In this document: piece by piece, positions 14,223 to 27,500 of the stretch
How the letters are laid out: every line of letters begins with the position of its first letter
Numbering within the stretch: the stretch's first letter is position 1
DNA from: Fimbriosthenelais zetlandica
Lineage: Eukaryota
Assembly (NCBI GenBank): GCA_977030845.1
Contig: OZ365115.1
Coordinates: 12,896,001 to 12,960,000 of the forward strand
DNA: 64,000 bases
Reading direction: 5' to 3'
Notes under the pieces: generated by a model
Databases searched by the model: none
Seen by the model: only the letters and a program-made list of their open reading frames with translations
What the model was told of the DNA's origin: nothing
Position numbers and translations under genes: made by a program

Positions 14223-15357
14223 TCACATGGATGCATTCGCATTGTAGCGTCACTTTTGGAAGTCCTGCTCTGACTGCAGGAAATAAGTTGGCCTCCATTG
14301 CAGTCTGCCTTTTTGGATTTGTATTCCTTTTTTTCAAATTTTCTCCACCTACATGCCCTATATATTTGTTAGGTCATGATAAGCATAACATTACTATGGA
14401 TGCCCTATAATGGATAAGGACTTGGTAATGGAAAAATTCATAATGAAACTGATTGAGCATAGTGCCAATAAATAACTTGATATTACACTTAGTCTTGACA
14501 TTTAGCAGTTCAAGTTCAGTCAGTGCGAATAGCGAATATTACAAAATTAATGATCATTTTCCAGATTGAGTTGAGCTAATTATACTCTTTCACGTATCAG
14601 AGTATAACATTCTGTACTGGAACATTGTGTTAAATTGTCAAGTTTCAGCTCGACATTCTTTACCACAGATAAGATTAATAGCGAACCGAGCACCAGGGTT
14701 AAATACAACCCACACATTGAGCACTACAAATTTCTATTAGTGATAGCTTCATGAGCTTAGTGCATGTGAGCGTGCTGATTAAAAATCTATGTTGATTCAG
14801 GAATAGAGAAACATCGGAGCAACGGCTGCAAATGTAATTATTTTTCCTCGCTCAACCTGCAATGTTTGCTCATTAGTTCTATATGTGCCACGGAAACCTG
14901 ACATCTATCTCGATATGTAACAAAGGAGAATGTCACATGAGAAATGAGATTGATTAAAAAAAATTGACAATGAATGTGGTCGTGCCCCCGTTTCAGGAAG
15001 CTTGCTGCAGTCACGAAACTGGAAGTTTATGTTCCGAGTTTAGCAGGTTTTTCTTGTTATTAGATAGTTAGTGAATAACGCATGGGTTGACAGGAGGACT
15101 CATGCCGAATGCTTTAGAGAATAAAGCACAGGATCTTGACATTCACTTAATTCATCAATTAGTCAAAGATACTCAGCTAGAGGTGCTTGTCAAGTTTGAT
15201 GACTCTAAGGTCATTTTGTGGATCACTTGAAAGGGTAGATGCTCATCAGAATTTACGACATACTGTAATGTAATCCCTTTTTTAATAAATTTTGTTTTTC
15301 TACTTTCAGGTGCAGGACAACATGTTTACATGGACCCGTGATTCCTGACCTAACCAA

Positions 15358-15480
15358 GTCACGTGAGATTCTGATGAACTTGTGATTGGCTGAAACATGG
15401 TCACATGGTCACATTGCAGTGCAGTAATGTTCTGAAGGATGAATTCAATTTGAGACTCAAAGCTGCTTCTGATTGGCTAT
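15358..15480 (+). promoter_or_regulatory. E-box plus two reverse CCAAT boxes just upstream of the PRRT-like start codon
   Basis: GTCACGTGAG at 15358-15367 and two TGATTGGCT motifs (~15383 and ~15470). A 3' splice site TTTTCTACTTTCAG at 15309 means this could instead be 5'UTR exon sequence. Confidence 0.3.
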
Positions 15481-15502
15481 TTATTGAGGTCAGTACGTCA
15501 GC

Positions 15503-18500
15503 ATGCCATCCATTCACCGTGGCGTGTCTGTTCTGTTCGAAGAAGTGAACGGGACAGAAAAGCCAGAGTTAGAGTGGGGCAGCCTCCCTGAACCCATCCC
15601 TGACTGGGACGCAGCCAGGCTCACTTGGAAATGGGGCTGGCAACTCCACACCTACGGTTTTGGTGCTGGCTTCTTCCTCTTAGCCCTTTATGCAATTGTC
15701 GCCATCTTTGAGTTCAGGAAAAGACTCAAGGTTCAGCAGTACTTGCTTGGCATCAACGGGATCTTATTACTGATGGGGCTCAGCCGAGCCACTTATTTGT
15801 TCGTTGATCCTTATCATTCTACATTAAACCTGCCGTCCAGTGTATCTCAGGTGCTATATGGTATCACATTCCCATGCTTGACCTCCTCTTTCTCCCTCAT
15901 CCAAATGGTTTTCATGAGAATTACCAAGGTTAGGATGGGGCCCAACAAATTCCAGAACTACAGGGTGCTCGCAGCTATCATCACTTCTCATTTCACCATT
16001 GTTATTGTGATAGATGTCACTGTGGCTTACAAAAACAACTTCAAACTCCTCCTGCTCTTGTGTCAGAGTATTTTCATAACATGGGGACTAGTTCTATGCT
16101 TTGGTTTTGTATACGGCGGATTCAAGATGACACAGTTTACAAATGAAACACAAAGAGTGTTAAAACAACTTGTGGCTTACAATCGCGTGAAACAAGAAAC
16201 ACTAAAGAATGGGAATCACAGAGAACTGGCGTTACATAGAATCAGTAAACCAAAAATCAGGATCACAGACGAAGAGAACAAGACTCAGAGCTATGGGAGT
16301 GACACCTCAGCTCTCGATTCCTCAGAGACCATGTCTTTTTATAATGAAGCTCATCTAGAGTTTGATGAGGAGACCATAGCCAAAGCTTACACTATTGGTA
16401 ATTTTGACAGAGGTTACAAATCTAAATTAAACAAAAGAGGTGACCCTGATAATAACAGAGAGGTAAACTCTCATTTAAATAAGAGTGACTCTCAGGCTGA
16501 TGGAAGTAGTGAGAGTGACTATGTGACTGACACTCCATCAACGCCAGGACCGCTCAATGACGATCTATCATCTTCCCGTCAAAACCGGGAAGATGATCCC
16601 AACTTGTTCCAAGAAGTAGATATAATGTCTCAGTCTGTGTGCTCTAGCACGGCTCCCATGCTAACAGAAGGGTCTGAATCTCCCCCTACATTCACTAACC
16701 TAGCACTTGATGTGACTATGCCACGTCATAAAAACAAAGATGTTATCACAAACGGCTATGTCGCCAATGTCAACGTCCGGGCCCTGAACGAAGCTGAACA
16801 AGTGACGAGCCAGAATGGAAATGAAGCCATAAGTATGGAGGAGATACCTCAGGAGAGTGGCTATATGGCAGATACTGAACTCAGCTCTCCCAAGAGAAGG
16901 AAGAAGAAATCACGTGGTAAGCATAGAGAGGTGGTGGAGGAGGAACCGGAGGAGAATGAACCGGATTCCAATAGTCCGGTGCACCAACCGTATCCACTTA
17001 AAATGGCTGACGGCACTGTGAGCCTGTACCGAATCAGACAGGGGCGTGTACTACAGAAGACCCTGAGGATTACCTACTTGACCACCTTGTTTGGCTTTAT
17101 CTGTGCTATCCTTCATCTCTACGCTATGTTTGGGGTGTATGGAGTGTTATCTACTGACCATGAAGCTGAATCATGGCCCTGGTTTGTCTTCCACACTTTC
17201 TGCAGGTGAGTTACAAACTTACATTATCATCATATCTAGCCATTCAATCTGGCAAGACATACTTTTAGATGCATACTTCTAGGTATTATCCCAATCCAAT
17301 CCACCCAGTTATACATGTTTTATAGACAGCATAGTCTGTTGTCATATTATAGAGAATGTGCTAGATCCTAATATAGTCCTTTTCGTGCCTCTTAAAGAAG
17401 AGCTGGGCACTGTAAAAGTATTTGTGGATCAATGCAATCATTCATGCTGGGCAATTTCCATGAATAAGTATAGTTCTTGGGTCCAAATACATTCCCATCA
17501 ATACAAGAGCAGGGACAGAAATAGGAAATAAAATGCATCATTCACCTAAATAAGTAATATTGCCTGGGGAGCGACTAAATGAGTTATTCTCCAAATCAAA
17601 TGAATCAATACTTCATAAAATGCCTTCCTCAGAATCCAATATTCAGAACAGGATTTTAATATGGTTAAAAAAGACCACTAATCCGTCAGAGGATGAGTGA
17701 TTTGATGTTCAAATAATAACGGTACGGGGATGTGTGTATGAAAGGAGGGCCTGCTGTAGGTTTAGTGGACTCGGCTTGTTAACTGTCATGATTACCCTTC
17801 AGGGATCTCAGACTTTTGGGAGCAGCAGCTCTTCTCAGAGGAGCTACTCCACCCCCACCCCGCAGCAGTCATATAGTACGCCACTAATCATTTCTATTGC
17901 CTTCTCCAATGGGGTCTTGAGGCAATCCAATAGTCATCACGTGGCTTGACCTCAATTCACGAGCTTAATCAAGCCAATAACATTATTCATATTTCCCCAT
18001 TCATATCCCAAGCTTTTCCCATGCTTATTGGCTTTCTTTGGTTCATAAAATACTTGCTGTTTGCTGCGACTATGGCGTTTAATACGCTACAATCTGCAAT
18101 ATGGGATGAGTGTTAACATTCCACAAGTTTATTGGACAATCTAGGTTAGTTTGGCCTAGATTTGCTAGGTTCACCCAGATTTTAAGCCGAGCATATGGTG
18201 AGACATTCTACTTTATATACTACTAATGCATTCACTCAATCATGTGACTTTCGGTGAAATTTGTTCACCGTCTTGTTGGTGGATTTGTCCCCTCATATTA
18301 AGATCTATTAAGCTTAACTGGTGCACAAGTGCACAACATGTGGGATAGGAAAACTCCAGTCTATTGTCATTAGAACCTTTATGGAAGAGTGTTGCAAGCA
18401 AGGGTATCCATGGAAACAGATGAGATAGGTAGAGGAGAGGAGTAAGTGCGGATTTAGGAGCCGGGGAATATGTGAGAGGAATATGTAGAAGAGGCAGTAT

Positions 18501-21500
18501 CCCATAATGAGGAGGAAAGTGATGACGAGCTTTGCTAAGAGAAAGTTTTTGACCGCGAGACCTAATTAATTCAACCAGGAATGGATAGAGATATGTTTCA
18601 AGATGATGTAGGGCCTAAACAGAAGTGAAAATTTGTTATAACTGACGGAGGTATCTTGTTGGCCTAATTCTGATTTATTATTTATTATTTACGTTCATTT
18701 CATTTCTTCCTTATTTCTGCTATATATAGATAGATATAAGCTCAAGGCATAAATATAATATTATCATTCACTTCGAATTATTGCTTATGTTATACTTCTA
18801 TATGGGAAATCTAGTTTTTCATTGATTCTGCCTGACATTGTCTCTCCTTAACTATCACAGTACCGTAACTTAAGCCCAGAACATTTGCACTGCAGTTGAA
18901 AAGGATATCCAAAACAGAATCCAAAACAGATTTCCCATAACAAATCCCAACACACAACCTGTCTGACCTTTTCTAGTTCACATGAACCATCTCCTATTAC
19001 CCTTATATCCTACACATTTCCTTCTTCGTTGAGATGAAGTAAATATAAAGACCAAATATGATAATGTCTTGTGCTTTAATGTCAGCGCTTCTACTGTGCC
19101 GTATTATTTCCCATAGGGACCTCCCGTGTGTTTGTTATAATCATTATATCTCAGCTGCCATGTCACCACCTTACTCTCATGGGGGACCAGTCAGTATGCC
19201 ACAGCCCTGATTGCTTTAAGTGATCCTCCCTAAAAGGGTTCACGGCCCCAGAGCTTGGATCTTCTCCCTGCCCAGGTTTGATCTTTGTAACCAAGACATG
19301 AGAAGACATCATATCTCATAATCCATTAAATTATATGGGTAACAGTCTAGAGGAAGGGAAGTAGGGAGGTCCTCAAATGGAATATTGACTCTATAGTCAA
19401 CGGCTGTTTCTCTCAATGGCATGGAGCAAGGCAGGTTCCATATAGGAAACACATCTTGTTTTTTTTTGCATGCAACACAAAGTTCTTGGGAATTCGTATT
19501 TGGAATCCTACTTTTCCTTTTCCAAATACCTTCAGACAGGTCCGCCTACCCAGTCCAATACCAGGGAATGATTTATCACAATTCCTCGTTTTCCCATCCC
19601 TGCTAACAAATTTATCCTTGTAGCAATAATTCTCCCAGGGCTCCAGCCGCCTCCAAACCCTATTGAGTAAATAAGGTAACATCCCTTAGCAAATTACTTT
19701 CATTTCTTGAGTGTGACAAGAAGTAGGGCTTGCCATATATCTTGTCAGTGTTGTGGGAGAAAGACATCTTTCCTGTCATCTTGCTGGGTTCTTTTCCCGG
19801 CCCTCATTCACAGCCAAATCCCAGGGTGCCCATCTAGCCCGACTACTGACAGCCAGCCAGTCTGTCCTATATCGACCTGCCTCCCAATATTGATCCTACT
19901 TTCCTTCATTATATATATAGAATTGTGAAGTGCTCCATTGATCCAAACATAGGAGGTAAAGCATTGCAGGAGTTGTCATTGATTACTCATTTGTACGTAC
20001 TGCTGTTTTTTTATCAATAAACAAGGCAATGTTTGCATTCAAGCAAATGACGAAATCATGCAAGCATGGTTTTCACTCGGTACCTTGATCTCTTCCTCTC
20101 TCCTGCTCTCTCTTTTTCACTCTCTTTGATAGTCCCCTAAATCTGCCATTTTAGATGTAGCATTGTGACACACTCATGTGTATGAAGGGCCTGAGGCTTT
20201 GTGTTTTGAATATCAAAGCTTCTGATAGGAGGAAATCAACACAGAGCCTAAATATTGCACTGGTTGACATGGAACCAAAGCCAGTTCATCTGAAATCTTG
20301 ACGAGCATACACATGCATGTGTGTTAACAGTCAGATAAGGGAATGACGTAGAAAAAAAGGCGATAAAATCGTTCCCAGATTTAATACCCATCACCTCCAC
20401 ACTTGGCGGATGATAAATACCATTATTCACTTGGCCACCCATACCATGCTATTCCCATCAACGCTTTCTACATCTTTTTCCCCTGCCTTGACAGCCCAAT
20501 GTAAAAAGGCATTTTTATTTTAACTGTCCTCCTGTATCTTCACATTGCCTTTACAGGGAAGGCCTTTTAGCCTAGAAGCCTTTATCCTTGATTCATATTG
20601 GCAAGGAGGCACTTGGAAATATCAAGGGCATGCAAAGTACAATCGGTGAAAATTCCCATGCCACCTCTTGTCCTGCTTTAAACGCAGCATCTGGTGCCAG
20701 GGTTGCATTTCATATTTAATGGCAACAGAAATCCCCAATACAGATTCATACTCAGGCACCTCTTCATCTTTATGCCATAGTTGTAAAGCCTTTTTTGTAT
20801 TATAATGTTCAGTTTTGACTTGACGAGGTGGGGAGGGACTTATCAAGCCTGCACTGGATGCCTGTTTGCTCCTGCTGTTTGAAAACATTAAGATTGACTG
20901 CTATCTCTCTCCCATCCCAGTGCAATATCCAAAAGTCTAATATGATGGAGTGCACTACATCAGTGGGAGGCTGATGAAAGTCAAATTTAGACTGGAAGGG
21001 AAGATTGGGGATAGGGCCCTTAATGTGAAGGCTGCATCAAAATCTGGTGGCTGGAGGCAAGCAGCGATGATCAAGAGAGACTTCAATACAGCCAACTGAC
21101 CAGAGATGTTTGTACCGAGTCTGTCTCTTTTTATGGCTGTCATATAAGACTTTAAATGAGCTTTACTCATTGTAAATAGACTCCAGTCTTTTCTGTATGT
21201 GTCTGCAGCTGTTTAAAAGCTGTTTCATTAAAGTGTATTTTATTGTTGGGTCGCCATTTGAATACACGGCAAGGCAGTATTGATAAGTGCTGTGAGAAAT
21301 TTAAAGTGTCTTTAATACGTTTCATTTTCACGAGTCAACTAAAGGAAAGGGCATTTTTTAAATTTAAAGTCGGAATATAATTTTAGGATTTTCAGCCAAT
21401 ATGAACAAAAACGTTGTAGGTCTAACATGTAAAATGAAAATGCAAACACCAGACCTAAATGTAATGGTCGAGCTTTCCCTGATTGTGGCCCATTCAACTT

Positions 21501-24500
21501 TCTATATGCCATGACCTTTTTGGTCCTTGACTAAATAATGAAATTGCAAGTGTTCTGGGAGGGGATGACATTTACCTTAAAGAGGTTCTTGTTCAACGCC
21601 AGTACACGTACCACGGGGACTGTAGTTACATGAGAAAACGGTATAGCCCTTTGGTTAGCGATACAATAAAGCTAATATAATGTGGTATAGGAAACTTGAA
21701 AATGTACACTACACTTTCGTTACAGGCACTGGAGAAAGTTCTTTCTTGATTATAATTGTCATCGTTAAATTATATTCTTTTACTTGTATCCCTATATTTT
21801 TGAGAGATTCTAGTTTATTTTCAACTCGCATTCAATACAGACTTCATTGAAATCTTCTCAAGTTGAAATCAGAATTCATGCCATGCCCACAGCCCTTTCA
21901 TGATCCTCTCTTACGTAATGCTCCATTCATTCAGATTTCCCCATTGGAGCAGAAAATAACGTCAATATTTGAACTCTCTCATGTAAGAGCCATTGAGTTT
22001 TTTCTCATAATGGCTTTATTAACACCCCGCCTGTCTCTCCTACTCTCCATTCTCACACCATCATCCAATTTTGGATCACCATTCCCTCTCAACAAGTTTC
22101 TTTTTAAATTCTTTCAACTTGTCCTATGGTTATTTTTTGCTCTTTCCGTGCATCTCATGGTCAGGCGTGCACGCTTCCACTCCTATGTAGTGCAATATTC
22201 ACAAGTTTTTCTAATCCTTCTACCGAACCATTGCTGCCACTCGAGAAGAGCAGATAATTGTGTATCATTCTCCTCCTGAGACGGTTGAAAAATTGCTGAC
22301 TGGACAGCAATATTCACGTACTTATCCCCCAATCTTTTCTTTTAATATTATGAAGGACAAATACATATTACATAATAGAAAGAGGTCAGTTAAGTATTAC
22401 ATCATAATACCCCTCTAGGCCTCTGATGCCTGGGACATTAATTATAGGTCCATTGAAAAAGGACTAATCCATCCCCTCTTTCAATGTCATTTCTGTCACA
22501 ATGATGTTAAATTACCTTTGGACGCAAAAACAAACCAAAAATCAAGCATCAATCTTGTTCGGAATATTTTTTCCAGGGGGAAACTCGGTAACACAAAGAC
22601 CCGCTTAAAACCATACAAACAATGGCTGCGTGCACCACCCAGGAAATAAGATGAAAGTTTCCATCCCACAGATCCCAGGGTCTCATTTTAAAATGTTTTA
22701 TAAAGCGGTACTTTTGAAAAAAAGGGAACATGAATAAGAAAGGGAATGATTTGGACCTTCCGGCAGAAGTCCTTGCCGACCTTTTGTCTGACACGCCAGT
22801 ATTTAGCTCCTCTCCCCTCAGATCTGTTAAAAAATGAATCAATATTTTTTCAACAGCAATTCTTTCGCATGCACTTCCTGTTAAGATTGGTCTACCATTT
22901 AATACAGATGGAATTCGGTAGCCACAAAACTCGACCACTAAAACTCGCTGTATTAAGTTTCCGGGATTTAAATTGCGGACTTTTAACAATGAAAATGATA
23001 GCTGGGTTCGCTTGGTACAAAATCATAGCAAAAAGCATCCCAATGGACATTCCCAGAGGCATTTTCCAAAATTTGTTTCATTTCTCTTTTCTCTTAATCC
23101 CATGGAAACTAAAAAGGATTTGGATGAAGTAGGGATGAAAGGCCTTTTGACATTACTTGGAACTAAAATAACTTTAATTCCAAAACATTTCTTTGTAGCT
23201 CATATAAATAGGCATATTTCCAACGAACCATCAATACAAATCGATCACTTCCGGTCACAAGACCCACACGTGATCAGTAGCCCTACATATGACCTAATTA
23301 CACTTTAGTCTCAATGCTTTCCTTTCTGGGTCTTTGGAAACCTAAGCACTTGTCAAATCATGCCTCAATCAATTATTGTCCCTGCCACCAGAGGCCATTC
23401 ATGGCCAACTCACGTGACCTATCGGCATTAAAACGATTGGCCTAGGCCCAGGCCACGTGATGGCTCAGCAGGACCAATTATTTAGTCAGGTGGTCAGACG
23501 ACCTTGACGTTTGACATGAGAGAGGAGAGGTGTGAGGAGGACAATTTCTGGTCAAGAACACGTGTTTCCACTCGTGAAGAATCGTGGGAATGCCACCATG
23601 ATGGCAGTGGCATTGTAATGCTACCATGTTAGCTGTTGACAGTGCAGGTCAGCATGTCCTTGCCAAGGTGGAGACAGTAATATTTGCTAAGGCAGAAAGA
23701 AAATGATATCTTATTGTTGGCAAATTGGCGATTGTCTTAATCGATTGCCTTAATCACCTAATAATCCTCACAACTTCTGAGTGAGCGCCTGAGAGAGATG
23801 GAGAGACTTATTCTGGATGGCTGAGATATTTTGACAAGGTCACACTATTGCTTACAGATAATTATTGATTGGGCCAGGGGCATATAAATTAAAACCATTT
23901 AAAAGTTAATAAGCAATCATTCTGTATTCATGATAGGGGATCTACAGTAGGGATTTGCAATGGCAACCTTTAATGTGTCGACGGCCAGGCTAGTCATTTG
24001 TACTTCAAATAAAGGATACAATAAGAGACTCACAATCTCACTTGACGCATGTACACGTTTCCAATATTTCGTATGCCAAGTTATAGAAATTTATATATAC
24101 TGCGATATAATACTATAGAAATGTCTTCCTGACATGGGAAGACTTGTGTGGAGAGATATTATGTTGAGTCAGTACCCGTTCAGCATGTCTGTACATGATT
24201 TGTATGGAGTCCCTCTTGCCTGGTCCGATATTAACTCAATTTGTCAGCCCTCTCCAGAACAAGCTACCTTTATGACGGGCAGGTTGGATTGCTTACTATG
24301 GCAGCCTATGATATAAAAGAAAACATAGCTGCACAAAAAGCCGAACCTTCATTTTATGTCCATCAAGTTTCTTTACTTAATGACAGACATGCAATTATTT
24401 TGAAGCAGACCTACTTGTATTTTGTGCTGCTCGAGTAGCACTGCATAGTTTATTTAAGAATTGCAACAGGTCCTATATTTTATGGATAATGTATCATATT

Positions 24501-27500
24501 GGGGTTTATTGTACATTATCATGGACAAAGCAAAGACTAAGGAAAGCATGGGGCCAGTGATGAAAACGGATGTATTGTTACAATAAATATGTTCTAGACT
24601 TCATCCTTTCCCTATAGCTGCTGCCATACATGCATGTAGCAGCCAGCTTCTGTTCATTACTGTCAGTCATTAGCTAGATTGTTAATTAGAGTTATCTAAG
24701 GATGCTTGTGTTAATTGCCCCTGACTGTGTGATGGCTTCAACCACTCAAATACAGGAGAAGCGTCTCAGTAGAGAAAGGCCTGATGGGCACATTTCAAGT
24801 GCAAAAACTCGGACAAGAGGCTTCAATTTCCAATTACAGAATGAAGTCCTCACAAAATGGCATGGGAAAGGTAGCCTTGCTGGATTACATGCTAGTTTTT
24901 CCCGCTTTAGGCTCTTGAGCCAGTGAATAGATTTTTGTGCTGGTGGGAGGTACGGAGTGGGAGCTTTGAAGGGATCTGAAATTAATTGGTTTTGGTTGGT
25001 CTGGGACCATTCTTCTGGTGCTTTTATTGTCCTGGTGTTCTGCAAATGTGTCAAATTCTGCTCGAGCCTCAATTGAATGTATTTTATCCCGTAATATTAA
25101 ATACCTTTTACTATTCATCTGAAATGAAGGTCCATATATGGAGGAGAAATCTTAGTTTGGTAATTTAGGTCCTTTTAATATAGGGAATATCTCCAAACAA
25201 TTCAGACATATCATGCCTACAGTCGATATATTGTGTGTGGAATTGCCCGTAAACCAAAGACAACTGAAGAAAACAGGCCTAAACCATCTAATTACCAGTT
25301 TGCGTGCCATCACTGTAACAGCAAAAAACAAATAAAGATGGAGCAGTTTGCTCAGCTAGGCTTTGTTTCTGGGATATTCTCCTCTCAAACCATTGCATGT
25401 TGTCTTTGAGAACAGATGTGCAAAATCAACAGAATAGAAGCGAATTAAAGGGAAACACGAGCACGAGACGTGGTGAGAAAGGGGCAGGTCCAAATGGGAA
25501 AAATAGTGGGAGGTGGTGAAAATGTTGCATGACAACATAGTCTATGATAAGACCTATAGGGAAGAAGTAGACTGTAATATTGTGGGGGTTGAGCTGGGGG
25601 TGGTTGTGGGGGTGTGTTCAGGCTAGAAGGCTAAAACAGAAGCATAACTTACTAAAACAGTCGCATCTTATTGCTGATGTTTTCATATAATTGAGATCCA
25701 GTTACTCGCATCTCCAGAAAAGAATTTCCAGAATTTCTGAACTAGTACTATGGTCAGGAAGGTCGATAGAGTAGAATGAGATTAGGGTCTCGTATTTTAA
25801 TTAGTAACTATAGATCAAACTAGATGGCTGTGCTTCAGCGAGGTAGTAGTACAAGTTTTCCCATTACCTTCAAAATTGGTTTGTCTTACTTCATGATCTA
25901 TTCCCTCGCTACTATAATAGACACAAACTACTAATTAAAGTTTAAATGATATTGGGTCTTGTTGCACAAACTCAAAGCTCTCGTCCTTAACTATCCCATA
26001 AGAAATGAAAGGTCAGTTAGTACGCTATATTTAACAATGCCCCACGGTAACTGACGCGAAAATATGATTCATTTGTTGATGGAAACGTTGTCCAATGTAA
26101 AGGAATGACAACGTAACACTAGCACTATCCCTGCTGGACATGAGGAAAGACCTCAAACTGAGAAAGCCTCAGGAAATGTACCGTGGAGGTATTAGTGACT
26201 AATGGATCAGTCCCTTGAGCGTTTTTCAGTTTTGGAAAAGGGCCATAAATGGACAAAAGAGTGGAGGTTTCATCATGTCCTTTGGCAGGATCCTGCGGGG
26301 AAGTACACAATATGATTGGATCAAGCATTAAATTGTGGGCCTTCTAGTGGCAGAGAAGCCAACTTTCAGTTGGCAATTTTCCATGGCAGCAAAACACTCG
26401 TCACAATCACTTCTATCAAGAACAATGGCAATGACTAGCAACACTGGCAAGGTGCCGTCTATAGTAGAAAAATGGAACCCATACAGTTCTACTAGCTATA
26501 GCAGTTGTAGCAGCCCAGGCAAGGCTCCATATGATGAGCTTTGAACATCCATTGAAGCAAGAAGCTAGACATTTCCTGCGTAAAAAAGTTCTTTGATCCA
26601 CTTGTGCCTGTCATGAATTTAAGCAGCTTCTCTGTGTTCACTTGTATTTATAGTAGGATGTCCCGGGGCAGTACATCCTTCACACACTTTATTGCAAGTC
26701 AGTTTCTGCTACCTTCATAAAATATCACACAATTTATACCAGTCTGTCCTGGGGCTCAGAGAGCAGATGAGATATGCCGGAGTTCTATATGGCTGGTTTT
26801 TGGAAGATGGTCTGCAGAGATCACTCAAATGTACTGGGAGGGTGAGGCTGGGCCAAGGGCGAGGTGGAAGGAAGGTGAGAATCTGGCCTTGTAGGGACTA
26901 TATTGAGGTCAAGAGAGCTATTTTGACATGAGATTTTCTTCATATAGAGTAAAAGGCAAGAGCAGAATCAATCTTAAAGGAACTAGTGGTTTTAAACTGA
27001 ATAAATGAGCTGAATGAGAAATTTGAAATCTGGGTGGATGAAATATGGCTGCCACGTCCAACTACTTTATAGATCAGATCAGCTTCAATGATAGGAGAGT
27101 GGGTTTAAAGTGAACATAATCATAAAAACATCAAAAACACATTAATTTGAGATTAACATTATGCAGAAAGATACATCAACCCAGTTAATATGGGAAGGTA
27201 AATGATAAGACTGCCCGCGGCAGAGACAACGTGAGACGATATGGAACAAAGGCAGGATATGCCTGTCTTACTCCCCATCCCAAGCTAATCCCATTATCCT
27301 CAGACAATTAATATCCTTCTCCAGGCCCTGGCGGCAACCACTCCAATTAGATATGCAAATCATGCCACCATATATGGATTAGATGAAAAAGATGACGGGT
27401 CCTCATGTGCAATTACAACGGCCAATCTCAAAGTGATTCGGGTAACAAGCTTCTCCCGAGCATAATTACTGACATACAAAGAGGTATCTTTTTATCTCTG

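Noticed and set aside
17734-17949. ORF with a repeated SYSTP pentapeptide encoded by different codons
   Set aside because: One 5-residue echo is expected by chance somewhere in six frames of 64 kb; no splice context linking it to the PRRT-like gene.
20622-21170. Two minus-strand ORFs faintly reminiscent of a tyrosine-recombinase N-terminus (HLKSYMTAIK)
   Set aside because: No catalytic R-H-R-Y residues or element ends identifiable; the resemblance is too weak.
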